Both the position numbers and the translations under genes were made by a program. Positions 33,318 through 47,086 of a DNA stretch of 64,000 nucleotides are shown in pieces. Below the pieces are notes generated by a model, which made no database searches, was not told the origin of the DNA, and worked only from the letters and a program-made list of their open reading frames with translations. The stretch's first letter is position 1. Each line of letters starts with the position of its first letter. Origin of the DNA: Neoechinorhynchus agilis (Eukaryota; Animalia; Acanthocephala); the NCBI GenBank assembly GCA_051530055.1, contig CM121341.1, forward strand, positions 62,001 through 126,000. Reading direction: 5' to 3'.

Positions 33318-33715
33318 GCAAAAAACAGGTGATACAACGTTCGCAAAGGCACAGTTTCGGTTTCGAACCGAAACACAAAATATCTCAGCTTCAACCAAGA
33401 AGGATATTAAACATCCGTTTACGCCATTTATATGAGTAAACAATAGTTCTAACTGACCCGTAGGTCAGATAATTTTCCACGATCACATAACGCCATCAAG
33501 TGGCATTTCCGCCAATATTTACAGCCCAACCACCAGCTACTTAGAGTTCAACAACATCTAAGTAAGCATTCCGTAATCACATCAATCCAATAATGTGACC
33601 TATAAACCGCTAGCGCAAACTAACAGTTTTAACTGCCACCAATTTAAATCAATCACAAACACAATATCAATGAATTGATTGATAGATTGACATCGATAGT
33701 TCTAACTGACCCGTA

Positions 33716-35190
33716 CGCGCTCAGAGAGCTATCAAATAGCAGAACAACGTGATCCTTTTTGCACCGCAGGCTGCTCGGACCAGCTCATAGAGCTTTCAAT
33801 TACGTCACACCATCATGAACCCTTTTTACCACATGCTTCTCTGCCATGCTCAGAGAGCTATCAATTAGGTCAACAACGTGAACCTTTTTGAAACGCACGC
33901 TACTCGGACCAGCTATTAGAGCTTTCAATTATGTCACATTAGCATGAACCCTTTTTATGCCACATGCTTCTCTGTCGCGCTCAGAGAGCTATCAGTTAGG
34001 TCAACAACGTGAATCTTTTTGCACCGCAGGCAACTCGGACCAGCTCATAGAGCTTTCAATCATGTCACATTAGCATGAACCCTTTTTATGCCACATGCTT
34101 CTCTGTCGCGCTCAGAGAGCTATCAATTAGGTCAACAACGTGAACCTTTTTGCACCGCAGGCTACTCGGACCAGCTCATAGAGCTTTCAATTACGTCACA
34201 CCATCATGAACCCTTTTTACCACATGCTTCTCTGTCGTTCTCAGGGAGCTATCAATTAGGTCAACAGCATGAACCTTTTTGCACCGCACGTTTCTCGGAC
34301 TTGCTCATAGAGCTTTCAATTACGTCACACCATCATGAACCCTTTTTACCACATGCTTCTCTGTCGTTCTAAGAGAGCTATCAATTAGGTCAACAACGTA
34401 AACCTTTTTATACTTCACGATTCTCGGCCCAGCTCATAGAGCGTTCAATTATGTCACACCAGCATGAACCCTTTTTATGCCACATGCTTCTCTGTCGCGC
34501 TCAGAGAGCTATCAATTAGGTCAACAACATGAACCTTTTTGCACCGCACGTTTCTCGGACCAGCTCATAGACCTTTCAATTACGTCACACCATCATGAAC
34601 CCTTTTTACCACATGCATCTCTGTCGTTCTCAGAGAGCTATCAATTAGGTCAACAACGTGAACCTTTTTATACCGCACGCTTCTCGGCCCAGCTCATAGA
34701 GCGTTCAATTATGTCACACCAGCATGAACCCTTTTTATACCACATGCTTCTCTGTCGCGCTCAGGGAGCTATCAATGACGTCACCGCCTACCACAGCCTT
34801 GCATAGCCTGTCCTATGCTTTGCCTTGAGAGGGACCCCGAGGGAGGGTGTCCCTCATATATACCCAGGTTTGAAACCCCGTTCAACACATTTACATTGCT
34901 TACGTCATAAGACAAAGCATTTTCTCAATTTTGAATATTTTTCTTCCGTGTAGATGCCAATAATCGAAATTTTTGCCAACCTTGCTTACGTCACATACCT
35001 GACACCTCTTGCATCTCTGTCGTTCTCAGAGAGCTATCAATTAGGTCAACAACGTGAACCTTTTTATACCGCACGCTTCTCGGCCCAGCTCATAGAGCGT
35101 TCAATTATGTCACACCAGCATGAACCCTTTTTATACCACATGCTTCTCTGTCGCGCTCAGAGAGCTATCAATGACGTCACCGTCTAGCAC
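33716..35190. repeat. rDNA IGS 130-bp subrepeat array, second copy
   Basis: Same unit as 3065-4790, located directly upstream of the 18S. Confidence 0.92.
34851..34882 (-). promoter_or_regulatory. Putative spacer promoter
   Basis: Sense GGGTATATATGAGGG matches TATA>TANGRRRR exactly. Confidence 0.6.
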
Positions 35191-35246
35191 AGCCTTGCAT
35201 AGCCCGTCCTATGCTTTGCCTTGAGAGGAACCCCGATGGAGGGTGT

Positions 35247-35278
35247 CCCTCATATATACCCAGGTTTTGAACCCCGTT
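35247..35278 (-). promoter_or_regulatory. Putative spacer promoter
   Basis: Same motif, 396 bp from the previous copy. Confidence 0.6.
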
Positions 35279-35707
35279 CAACACATTTACATTGCTTACG
35301 TCACGAGACTTTAAGTTTTACACCGGATATCCCCCTATTATCACGTCATAGCACACATCATATACTTCTCGACCGCGCCATCCTACTTCAAGGTTGTTGA
35401 TCGGACCATCATAGTCGTCACAGCATAAGAATTTTCGTACTTTAAAGCATAGGCGATGTCATTTCTGAAGCATTTTCGATCAAGCCTGTGCACCATTGCG
35501 TCACTCGGGGGATTTGGATGGGTGACGTGTGTCTTTAACACACAAATCCCCCGGTTAAAACGGTAAGTCTCAATAGTTCGCAGTTTGGTGGCTACTCTAC
35601 TATTTACGACACGTTTACCGAGAATTAAGTCGTCTGCAAATGATTTGATGCACAAGTACAGCGAGATATTAAACACGGCTGCCAACTACGCTGGTCAATT
35701 CATTTTA

Positions 35708-36017
35708 TAAGTAGACACTGAGCGCAGATGATAAAGTCGCCGCTGGCGGATAAATCGTCGGGAAGAAACGTAATTCCCGCTTGGAAAACTTCGCTCGTTC
35801 TCGCATTTGTAAAAAATTTAGACCGCCTAGTTCGCATTAGTGTTGTTGCTCCTAGGTAGGCTTCCGACTTAGAGGCGTTCAGTCGTAATCCTGCGGACGA
35901 AGCTTCGCACCATCGGCCTCTCGACCGAGTGCGTGTACCTGATGTCCAAACCTGCGGTTCCTCTCGTACTTAGCAAGATTGCTATTACAACAACCAGCTC
36001 AACAGTAGGGTAAAACT

Positions 36018-36056
<39 letters not shown>

Positions 36057-36099
36057 TATTAATGGGTGAACAATCCAACGCTATGGGACTTTTGCATCC

Positions 36100-36137
<38 letters not shown>

Positions 36138-36158
36138 GACGTCGCTGTGGACGCTTGG
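35708..36158 (-). rRNA. 28S: 28S 3'-terminal fragment, cut by satellite
   Basis: Matches 5295-5745 and stops at gacgcttgg, where the satellite begins. Confidence 0.93.
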
Positions 36159-36169
36159 ACCAACCTATT

Positions 36170-39121
36170 GCTTACACTACCGATGCAATAATCGCATCGG
36201 AAATCGCATTATCATATATTGCCAATGTTCACACGAGTGAAAAATGACTAAATTTGCAAGATTCATTAAAATTAGATAACACCGTTGAAATCAGCCCATC
36301 AGATATGCTCAAAATGTTTTTTCATTTCGTAGCAACTTTCGAGCACAACAGATTTTATTCAGGGGTCTTTTATGAACTTCAATCCTAAAACTAAGTGTTA
36401 AAATTTAACAAGTAACATCAAACCGTTATTGCAGGTGAATTAGGCGTCAAAAGTAGATCTAGAAAAGTTAATTTGATCTTAAATTGATTGATGTTTTAAT
36501 ATCAATAATCAAGGTAGTTGGTCTCAAAATGTAACAAGAAATAACTCAAGAAACATTACAGCCATCGCAAATCCGAAAACAGATTTGGAATCAACGCGTT
36601 AAGACGTACTAAATTGGCTTATTCCGTACACTACAGCTGTAATATTCGCATCGGAAATCGCATTGTCATATTTTGCCAATATTCACAAGAGAGAAAAATC
36701 ACTAAATTTGCAAGATTCATTAAAATTAGATAACAACATTTAAATCAGCGCATAAGATATGCTCAAAAAGTTTTTCTATTTCGTAACAACTTTCGAGTAC
36801 CACAGATTTAATTCAGGTGTCCTTTATCAACCCCAATCCTAAAACTTAGTGTCAAAATTTAACAAGCAACATCAAACCGTTATTGCAGGTGAATTCAGCG
36901 TGAAAAGTAGATCTAGAAAAGTCTATTCGATCTTAAATTGATTGATGTTTTAATATCAATAATAAAGGTAGTTGGTCTCAAAATGTAACTACAAATAACT
37001 CAAGAACCATGATAGCTATCGCAAATTCGAAAACAGATTTGGAATCAACGCGCTAAGACGTACTAAATTAACTGATTCCGTACACTACAGCTGTAATATT
37101 CGCATCAGAAATCGCATTATCATATTTTGCCAACATTCACAAGTGAGAAAAATCACTAAATTTGCAAGATTCATTAAAATTAGATAACACCATTGAAATT
37201 AGCGCATTAGATATGCTCAAAATGTTTTTGTATTTCGTAACAACCTTCGAGCACCACGGATTTAATTCAGGTGTCTTTTATCAACTTCAATCCTTAAACT
37301 TAGTTCCAAATTTAACAAGTAGCATCAAACCGTAATATCAGGTGAATTCAGCGTGAAAAGTAGATCTAGAAAAGCTAATTTGATCTTAAATTGATTTATG
37401 TTTTAATATCAATAATCAGGGTAGTTGGTCTCAAAATGTAACAACAAATAACTCAAGAACCATGATAGCTATCGCAAATCCAAAAACAGATATGGAATCA
37501 GCGCGTTAAGATGTACTAAATTAGCTGATTCCGTACACTACGGCTGTAATATTCGCATCGGAAATCGCATTGTCATATTTTGCCAATATTCACAAGAGAG
37601 AAAAATAACCAAATTTGCAAGATTCATTAAAATTAGATAACACCATTGAAATCAGCGCATCAGATATGCTCAAAATGTTTTTCTATTTCGTAACAACTTT
37701 CGAGCACCACAGATTTAATTTAGGTGTCTTTTATCAACTTCAATCCTGAAACTAAGTGTCGAAGTTTAACAAGTAACATCAAACCGTTATTGCAGGTGAA
37801 TTCAGCGTCAAAAGTATATCTAGAAAAGTTAATTTGATCTTAAATTGATTGATGTTTTAATATGAATAATCAAGGTAGTTGGTCTCAAAATGTAACAACA
37901 AATAACTCAACAACAATGATAGCTATCGCAAATCCGAAAACAGATTTGGAATCAGCGCGTTAAGATGTACAAAATAAGCTGATTCCTTACACTACAGCTG
38001 TAATATTCGCATCGGAAATTGCATTGTCATATTTTGCTAATATTCACAAGAGTGAAAGATCACTAAATTTGCAAGAATTATTAAAATCAGATAACACCGT
38101 TGAAATCAGCGCATTAGATATGCTCAAAATGTTTTTGTATTTCGTAACAACTTACGAGTACCACAGATTTAATTCAGGTGTCTTTTATGAACTTCAATCC
38201 TTAAACTAAGTACAAAAGTTTAAAAAGCCACATTAAGCTGTTATTGCAGGTGAATTCAGCGTCAAATGTAGATCTAGAAAAGTTAATTTGATCTTAAATT
38301 CGTTGACGTTTTTATATCAATAATCAAGGTAGTTTTTCCCAAAATTTAACAACGAATAACTCAAGAACCATTAAAGCTATTGCAAATTTGGATACAGATT
38401 TGGAATCAGCGCGTTAAAATGTACTAAATTATCTCACTTTGTAAACTACAGCTGCAATATTCGAATCGGAAATCGCATTATTATATTTTGTCAATAGTCA
38501 AAGGAGTGAAAGATCACTAAATTTGCAAGATTCATTTAAATTAGATAACACCATTGAAATCAGCGCATTAGATATGCTTCAAATGTTATATCATTTCGTA
38601 AAAATTTACGAGTACCAAAGATTTAATTCAGGTGTCTTTTATGAACTTCAATCCTTAAACTGAGTGTAAAAGTTTAAAAAGCCACATCAAACTGCTATTG
38701 CATGTGAATTCAGCGTCAAAAGTAGATCTAGAAAAGCTAATTTGATCTTAAATTTATTGACGTTTTAATATCAATAATCAAGGTAGTTTGTCTAAAAATT
38801 TAACAACGAATAACTTACGAACCATTAAAGCTATCGCAAACCTGGATACAGGTTTGGAATCAGCGTGTAAAGATGTACTAAATTAACTGATTCCGTACAC
38901 TACAGCTGTAATATTCGCATCGGATATCGCATTATAATATATGGTCAATATTCACAAGACTGAAAGATATTTAAATTTGATAGATTCATTCAAATTAGAT
39001 AACGCCATTGAAATCCGCGCATTAGATATCCTCAAAATGTTTTATTATTTCGTAACAACTTTCGAGCACAACAGATTTTATTCAGGGGTCTTTTATGAAC
39101 TTCAATCCTAAAACTAAGTGT
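36170..39121. repeat. 454-bp satellite array 3 (about 6.5 units, same orientation as array 2)
   Basis: 454-bp period. Ends at the same base context (aactaagtgt|agcaacaaagac) as array 2. Confidence 0.95.
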
Positions 39122-39919
39122 AGCAACAAAGACATGAAAGTGCTTTTTTAGAAACCGTGAACTTTTCCCCTAGGTGGTGAAACGTTTTATCTAAGATAAA
39201 TTTCACCAACTGGAAGCCGAAACTTTCAAACTGTCAAAAATCCATCACGTTAGATAATATTCTTGGAACAGTATTTGAATTTCACTCAATAAGTTGTGCT
39301 AAATGCAATAGGCCATCCATAGTTTTTCGCAGGCTAATAGCAATCCGTTCTGATCGGATTCTTAATGACATCCTAAAAGTATGGCCGATGAATCAAAAAT
39401 TATCCTCTTCTAATAGTATCACTAACACCAAATTTTTTAATCTTCTGTCGCAGGATTCTATTTACTTTTTGCAAAACTGGTGCCTTTCTATTACGACCAT
39501 GCCACCTCAAAAACGTTATAATATCTTCTGAATGGCGTACCGCAGTGTTCGCCGCTTTTGCCTATTTTATATCTACTGCCTCCCCAATACCTAACACAAA
39601 ATTTTAAAATTAATGCATCACTGACATGTTAACAAACAAACGGAAGATGAAGCCGACGAGGTTGGAAACGTCGTTAATAAGTAATCATTTACCGGGTGTG
39701 AACGTAAACAATAATTCCACATAACTTTTGTAATTAAAATCCAAAGGGAAGCTAAGATGAAACTCCTAATCAAACAATGTGTTGAATATCTGATTCCATC
39801 TTTACCTAAAATCAGCTTATCCCTAAGCCTATCCAAAACACAGTGTATTTTATTGCACTTTCCAATCGGCTCCATAAAGTTCTTCTTAAGCTTTTCTTTG
39901 ATGATTTTATGTCCGCACA

Positions 39920-41075
39920 GCAATAAAACACTGCAGTCGATTTCTGTTTTCCTGTATGTTATTTGATCATAATCATAGGATATATCATTTGTCATGAGCA
40001 CATATTCGAATTTTTAAGCTAATGACGTCATATTTACGATTTAAAGAGCTAAAAAACTAAAGCACAAATAAAACACTGCAGTGGATTAAGTGGATTAAGT
40101 GGATTATTTTCCTGTATGTTATTTGCTCGAAATCGGAAGATATTGCATGAGCACGTGTTCTAATTTTAAAGCTGATGACGTCATGTTTTCGATATAAAAA
40201 CGAATAGACTAAAGCACAATATAAACTGCAGTCGATTTCTGTTTTCCTACAACCAAAAATGCAGCAACAAAATACCGCAGTCGAATTCTGTTTTCCTTTA
40301 TGTTATTTGCTCAAAATCAGGAGATATCTCATGAGCATAGGTTCTAATTTTTAAGCAGATGACGTCATGTTTTCGACACAAACAACGAAAAAATAAAGCA
40401 ATAAAACACTGCCGTCGATCTCTGTTTTCCTGTATGTTATTTGCTATAAATCAGAAGATATTGAATGAGCACCTTTTTCAATTTTTTAACTGATGACGTT
40501 TTTGCAACGAGCAAACAGCGGAGGTAACTTGGTTTCGATATAAACAACGAGAAAAGTAAAGGAGCAATAATATACTGCGCTCAATTTTGTTTTCCTGTAT
40601 GTTATTTGCTCAAAATGAGAAGATATTGCATGGCACGTGTTCTAATCTTTAGGCCGATCGAGTCATGTTCTCGATGTAAAAAACGAAAAAACTAAAGCAC
40701 CAATAAAACACCGCAGTCGATCTCTGTTTTCTTGCATGTTATTTGCAATAAATATGAAAATATTGCATGATCATGTGTTCTATATTTAAACTGATGACGT
40801 AATGCTTTCGACATAAACTACGAAAAGGAAGCAGCACTGAAAAACTTCGGTGGATTTATGTTTTTCTGTTTGTCATTTTCTCAAAATCAGAAGACATTGC
40901 ATGATCACGTGTTTTAATTTTTGAACTGATGACGCCATGCTTTTGTTAAAAACAACGAAAAGACTAAAGCAAGAATAAAACGCTGCTGTCGATTTCTGTA
41001 TTTCTGTTTATTATTTTCCCAAAATTGGAAGATATTGCATGAGTACGTGTTCTTATTTTTAAACTGATGACGGAT
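39920..41075. repeat. Degenerate ~135-bp tandem repeat with TGACGTCA cores (about 8 units)
   Basis: gatgacg at 40174, 40358, 40492, 40793, 40928, 41066, with shared ctgcagtcgatttctgttttcct and tattgcatga motifs. Collapsed to about 2 units at 20190-20420. Confidence 0.8.
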
Positions 41076-41129
41076 AAACGGCGGACGTTGCTCATTTTTC
41101 AAGTCATTGGATCATTGAACGTTTTAAAA

Positions 41130-41530
41130 GCTTCTCTGCCCGCTAAGAGAGCTTTACTTGAAGTTATCAACAAGCCTTCCTCGCGTCATAGCTTATATAC
41201 TATGCCTAACCCTTAAATTGGTTTCCTGGAGAGGGGGTACTCTATGTATGCCCAGCAGGTTTTTGACATCGTGCTGCAATGTAATTTTGCTAGCGTCACA
41301 AGGCTCTTTTTATGATACAATTCAATCGAAACAAAACACGTTCAATCAGCTAATGTTCAGAACTTTTTAACTTTCAATGATGTAGTTAATTTCACGAAAC
41401 GTCGACAACAAATCTAGTCATCAATTCTTAGCGGGTTCCGAGAGCTTCGACTGACGTCATTTATAAGCACTCATTCACGTCGTAGCTCATATGCTATGCC
41501 TAGCCCTTACTGGGATCTCTTCTCCGAGAT
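41130..41530 (-). other. Diverged IGS relic, duplicate of 20481-20880
   Basis: Near-identical to 20481-20880 (offset 20649). Confidence 0.6.
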
Positions 41531-42049
41531 TAAGTGAACCTTTTTAAGATAAGGTGGCCGCTTGTCATTCTCCACGGCAAAGATAGGTTGCAAATTTTTG
41601 GATGCTGCATCCTTTTTCAAAACGTAGTGGTTTTTAACGTATCTAATTACGGCACTAATCGATTCATCTGATTGAATTTTTTATTCTACCAGCTTTAAAA
41701 ATCGATTGTAAATTTTCATTTGAGAAACTTAAAACTTTCCGTCAATTCAATAACGAACATTAAAAAGCACTTAAGAAGACGATTAAAATCGCAGTTGATT
41801 TAAAAAGACCTTCGAAAAGCACATTACATGGTTACTCCTCATAAATTATTTTTCGATTAAAAAACAGTAATAAAAATTTAAACGCGCGCCAAATGATTAC
41901 GCAAACAATAATTCTTTCGTTTTCTGCACATTATAAATTGCTGCCTGTTTCCTATAGCTGCCTCCATGTTCCTGTATCGTTCTTTTTTGTTCGCCTATGA
42001 AATGAGCGATTTTGGAGCTATGGGCTTATGAAGGCATCTTTGAGCGTCT

Positions 42050-43572
42050 GTGAACGTAAGTAATTTGTTGGAAACGTATTTTTCCCTATCAATGGAGCCT
42101 TCTGATCGATGGAGGATATCGCTCTCCGTCTCCAGAAAGCATCTGTACCTTTGAATGGAAGTTATTTTTGCTTTATTCATCTACCACACTAAAGCATTGC
42201 TTGGAGAGATTAGACTCAGCTCACACTCATCGAAAGCTCCTTCGCCTAAGTTCCTTGTAAGTTTAAGAATCTTCTTTAGTCTGCACCTCCATTGCTCGTC
42301 TTTACGTCTGAGATTAGCGGGGCGATGTCGCATGAGGCTTCGAGCTTAACCATTAAGGATGGAATTGCATAGTCGTTTAGAAGGTTAACGTCTTTTAATA
42401 GGGTCATGTGACTGCTTGAATTTGAGGCCTCGAGAACTTTCGCAGGGATAAGTACCTGACTCATTAATCCAAACGATGAATTCGTGGCTGTGCGAGATCG
42501 AATTCGAAGAGGAACATCGTCGCTTGGAGTTTGCCCGACAAAATTGCATTGATAGGCAGTCGCTGCGGCCCTCAAGATGAAGTGAACTGATAGTTCGTTG
42601 TAATTTTTAGTAGCATCCAGTGTGTCATTTAATGTGAGATTTGTATCAAGAATCATTTTTACTATATGAAGTGAAACAGGGTCCAAGCTTTGTGTAGGTT
42701 TCTCGAGGACGAGAAAGGCGGCGGTCACCACTACCATTGTTGAATTTTTCTTTAGCTTTATAATTTTGAGGCCGATACTTGAAGCCTTGACAAAATCTGT
42801 GGCTGTACGAAACGCATTTTGCTGGATTGAAGGACAATCCGATGCTTCGCAATTCTGTAACCGCAACATCGAGCTTATTCTGAAGTCCGGCCTTATCCTT
42901 ACTGACTAACAAAATATCATCTTCGCCATAACTGCTGCCCGTTCCAATGAGGTCTCATAGTAGACCGCCACATCTACTATATAAACCCGATCATTTATGT
43001 TTGTCCTCACAATGAGGTCGGACTTGTGTAAGTTGCCGCCGTCGTCCATAATGTGATTTTTTCTATCGACGGTGTAACTGATGCCTCGGATTGAATCTCT
43101 TTTGGCGGATTTTGCTTCAACTGCATTTAGTGCGCCTATAAAGACTCACGACGTCGTCGTGTCTTTTAATCATTGCTTCCGTCGAGAAGTCACACTGATT
43201 AATTACGTGCAAGCACGTTTCTGTTTGATGGGCGCAATGGCGACAGGCTTTTGTCCTATTGTTTGAGATCCTTGCCATAACGGCACCAACCTCTAGAAGT
43301 TCAGCTCGCATTTTTATCAATTCCGTGTATTGCCTGTGATGGCCCTGTCTGTATCTGAATGATAACATTTTTGGGTCTGCGAATCCGTTGGTAAAGGCCT
43401 GATATCCGTTTGCCTGTGTTTTTGCCTCTGCCATTTTTTTTCGTACTCTGCGTTAACGCCGCTTTTGCCTAGATCTCTCATAAACGATGCAAGCCACTTT
43501 CTCCTTCGAGAATGCCAATAAAACTGAAGCTATTGAAATCGTTAAAATTGACTGAAATTACATTACTATTTA
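42050..43572 (-). mobile_element. Scrambled R2 mosaic, duplicate of 21400-22927
   Basis: Same fragment order and junctions. ORFs 42276-42869, 42646-42912, 43117-43434. Confidence 0.85.
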
Positions 43573-43654
43573 TAAAGAAACAATGATGGTAGTGGTATTT
43601 CACCGGCGCGGCCTCCCACCTATTCTACGCCCATCGTGTTTCTTCACAGAGACT

Positions 43655-43692
<38 letters not shown>

Positions 43693-43699
43693 GTTACTC

Positions 43700-43733
<34 letters not shown>

Positions 43734-43777
43734 GCTGCAGACAGGGACAGTAGGAATCTCAATAATCCATTCATGCA

Positions 43778-43809
<32 letters not shown>
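43573..43809 (-). rRNA. 28S: 28S fragment, 237 nt downstream of the R2 nick (duplicate of 22928-23164)
   Basis: Same endpoints as the first copy. Confidence 0.95.
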
Positions 43810-44027
43810 ATGACTCATTTATTACGTAAATTTATATACATGTGTTATTCAGTCGTCAAGGTTTAATATGATTGATTTGTTTGAGTTGTTCCAAGGAATA
43901 AAAGTTAATAAAATTGAGATTAGAAGAGAAGAGGTTAAAAGTTTGATAGATTGATAAAAAGCTTCATATGAAGGTAAAACTACGTAAAATATAAATTTGT
44001 ACTTACGTGTTTACTGTCCTAGTAGAC

Positions 44028-45749
44028 TTAATTTTGGGTTTCTCCACGATCTCGCGGCTGCCACCTCCTTCCCATAAATGAGTGGTACACCATCAAACTC
44101 TTATCCGCCGCGGTCTCGGCCATGTTGTTCGCCGTTCTTTTTCCCAGGTTAAAGACGCGCAGCCTGTCGATCAATTTCTTACAATAAGTCCCGCGCGCGC
44201 CTACTGCGATCCCAACGGTTTTAACCCTGTAGTCTTGAATTTCGAATTGGGCTGCGACCGCCGGGATTATTTGTTTGTATTTACTTTCCTTCGTTTCCGC
44301 CATTATCTCTCCACGTTCTTTTGACGTTTCATAGTAAACTGCGAAGTCTGTTATTTTCGCTTCTTTAGTAGTGCGATCATATGTAATTAAGTCCGGCTTC
44401 CACAGTTTACCGTCTTCCGTGTAATATTGGTTCTTTTCTTGTATTTGAAGGTTATTACCGTGTTTCTTTTTCAGAGCCCATATAAAACGATTTTGTACCG
44501 CGTCGTGTCGTCTTATCATTTGACCAGTTATTTTGTCACATTCACAAATTGCGTGGATGACTGTCTCCCGTGGACAATTGCAGTGACGACATTTTACGGT
44601 TCTTCTTCTGTCTAGGCGATGTAGTACGGTAGCCACTTCTAGTAGCTGGAATCGCAGCTTCACATTCTCGACATAGATCATGTGTCGGTCTTGTCTATAT
44701 CGGAAGGACAGCCGCTCTTTTTGGAATAATCCTTGATCGAAGGACACTTTGCCAGCCGCTTGAGTTACAGCCGTTGCCCACTGACGATCCCACGTTTCCA
44801 TGAAGATATTTTTAAGATTTGGGAAATTCGACCCTGGGACTCCGTTACTTTCATAAACGCTTTGAAGATTTTTGTATTGTTGTGTTTCGATCGCTAATTG
44901 CTTTGTCATTTCTGATCTGCGCATCATTTCGATTATTGCGAGGCGTCTTGAATCAAGGACCGCGAGTGCTATTGACTTAAAACCGAGGCCTCCTCTCGAT
45001 AGCGGTAGAAAAACGGCCCCGTCATTTAAGTAGTTTGGGAGGTGCAATAATTTTTTGATGCGCGTTCTCCAATATTCATCAATTTTTTGGAGGTTGGTTG
45101 GGCAAATATCGTGGACTGCTTGCAGCTTAGCGATAACGCTTGGCAAGCCGTAGTCGTTGATCATGTGAGCAGATTGGGTTGGGCTCAGTCCAGACTTTTT
45201 CGTCACCTCAAATAGGCTGTCTACCATTTCTTCCATTTCCCTCATACTAAGGCTCTTGAATGGCGTTCCCCCGAGGTATGTAATGGGGTCGCCTTCCAGG
45301 ACTGTCTTTATGAGCTCGCCATTTATTTGAACCGATGGTTTGGCTTTGATGTTAAGGTTGCCGCGATTGTATTCCTGGATATATGACGCACATTTACTTG
45401 CACTTAGGTTTAATCCGACCTTTGCAAGTTGTTCTGTTACCAGACTGATCATCGTTTTTAGTTGCTCCTCCGAGTCGGCTAGTAGTATGATGTCGTCGGC
45501 ATATACCATATACGACAGCCTTTCGTTTTTGATTGACACGCCATTGTTTGAACTTTCCAGTGCTTTGAGCGTTTCGTTTATGCATATTGCGAACAGATAT
45601 GGAGACAATGGGTCCCCCTGTTTTACACCTCGGCATAATTTTATTGGGCCAATCGGAAGATTTGACTTTGTATGGACCCACGTGCAGCCAGACCGTAGGA
45701 CGTTGTCGATATAGTTTCGAATATACTGAGGACATCCAATAGATAACAT
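44028..45749 (-). pseudogene. Element E ORF part 3: RT C-half, thumb, knuckle and RLE (573 aa open)
   Basis: GVKQGDPLSP, VYADD, CRHCNCPRETVIHAICEC, LWKPDLI..DFAVYYE. Confidence 0.92.
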
Positions 45750-45928
45750 ACCTTCGTGGATAGAGGAGTGGCTGTGTCGAATGCGTTTTTGACGTCTAAA
45801 ACCGCAATTGCCAAGCTCCTTTTGCGATCACGAGTTGACCGAACGAGACTTTTTATCGTCAGGAGGTTGGCAAAACATCCGGCGGAATCGAATGCGGTCT
45901 GGCCAGTTGCCAACTGAGTTGAGCTACG

Positions 45929-47071
45929 CTACCTTGCTAAAAGGATTCGGTGAAGAACTCGTTGAAGTATGGAGGAAATTGTAATGGGTCTCCAACCTTC
46001 AGTGCTCCTCAACTTATCTTCAGAAGCAGAGTTCTTTGGAACAAGAATTGTTTTTCCACTGTTCCATTCTTTTGGTGGATATCCACAGCTTAAAATGGCG
46101 TTAAACAGTACGCAGATTCCAGCCATATGCGGGTCCATTCGTGTCAAGTCTCTCTTTGTAACGTTGTCAGGGCCGGCCGCTGATGATCCCTTCACTCCCT
46201 GTATCGCCGACTGGATTTCCTCTACTGTGATAATTGGGAACGGAGCAGAAGGGAAGGATTGACAGCCCTTTGTCACGCGCTTTTCCCCGTTGCCAAAAAG
46301 ACGCTCATAGTGTTCCTCAATTTCGGCGGCACTTAACACACATTGTTTCGATTGTGTCCCTCGGAACAGCTCTCCGGCCAGTCTAGAGGTATTGTTAAAG
46401 TACAGTGCCTTATTTCGTCTTTTATTTATTTCGCTTATTTGGGGTCGGTTCATTCCACGTCGTCGCGTACAGGGCAAGCAACCGTATTGGCAGCTCCAAA
46501 CGTTGAAGGACCTTAGGCAAACTCTATTTGATCTTATCCTTTTGGTTTCGAATTCACCAGCACGGTGAATGACGAAGTCGCAGTCGAAACTAAGAGCCGC
46601 CATATGCAACACAAGGACGTCAGACGTGACTACCCCATTGCGAATAAGATTAATGGTATCGTTTATCGACATATTAGTGTCTCTTATTACGCCCTGAAGC
46701 GACTCGAATTTCGAGGGATTGGATTCGAAGTCGTCGATGATCCTCCGTTGAACCCTTCGCCATTGCGTCGGATTGTTAAAGACGAAGAACGCAATTGTCC
46801 GCAGTGTTAAGTTTGAGCTTCTAAATAGGTTTATTATTCTCAAACCTCTGGCCTTCGCTTCTGAGACGTGTCCACATCGGCTCGACCTGGGGACTTCAAG
46901 AAATGTTCGATACTGCTGAGCCATTTCTTCGATTACGTCGGGAGTGAAACCCTCGGGGCAACGCCGCAAATATTCGATCTGCCTCTCTATGAATTTTCTA
47001 TACCGCGGGTGCAAGGATCGATGAGACTGCACACAGGTGAGGAACTCTAGGGCCTCCGAAGTACCGAACAA
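45929..47071 (-). pseudogene. Element E ORF part 2: HPRYR, OTU-like domain and RT N-terminus
   Basis: LHPRYRKF, GLRIINLFRSSNLTLRTIAFFV..FNVWSCQYGCLPC, AAGPDNV, WRPITISS. Confidence 0.88.
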
Positions 47072-47086
47072 GTGTGGATTGCACGA

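Noticed and set aside
33716-35190. CRISPR-like repeat-spacer reading of the IGS or satellite arrays
   Set aside because: The units are wholly repeated with no unique spacers, the context is eukaryotic rDNA, and there are no cas genes.
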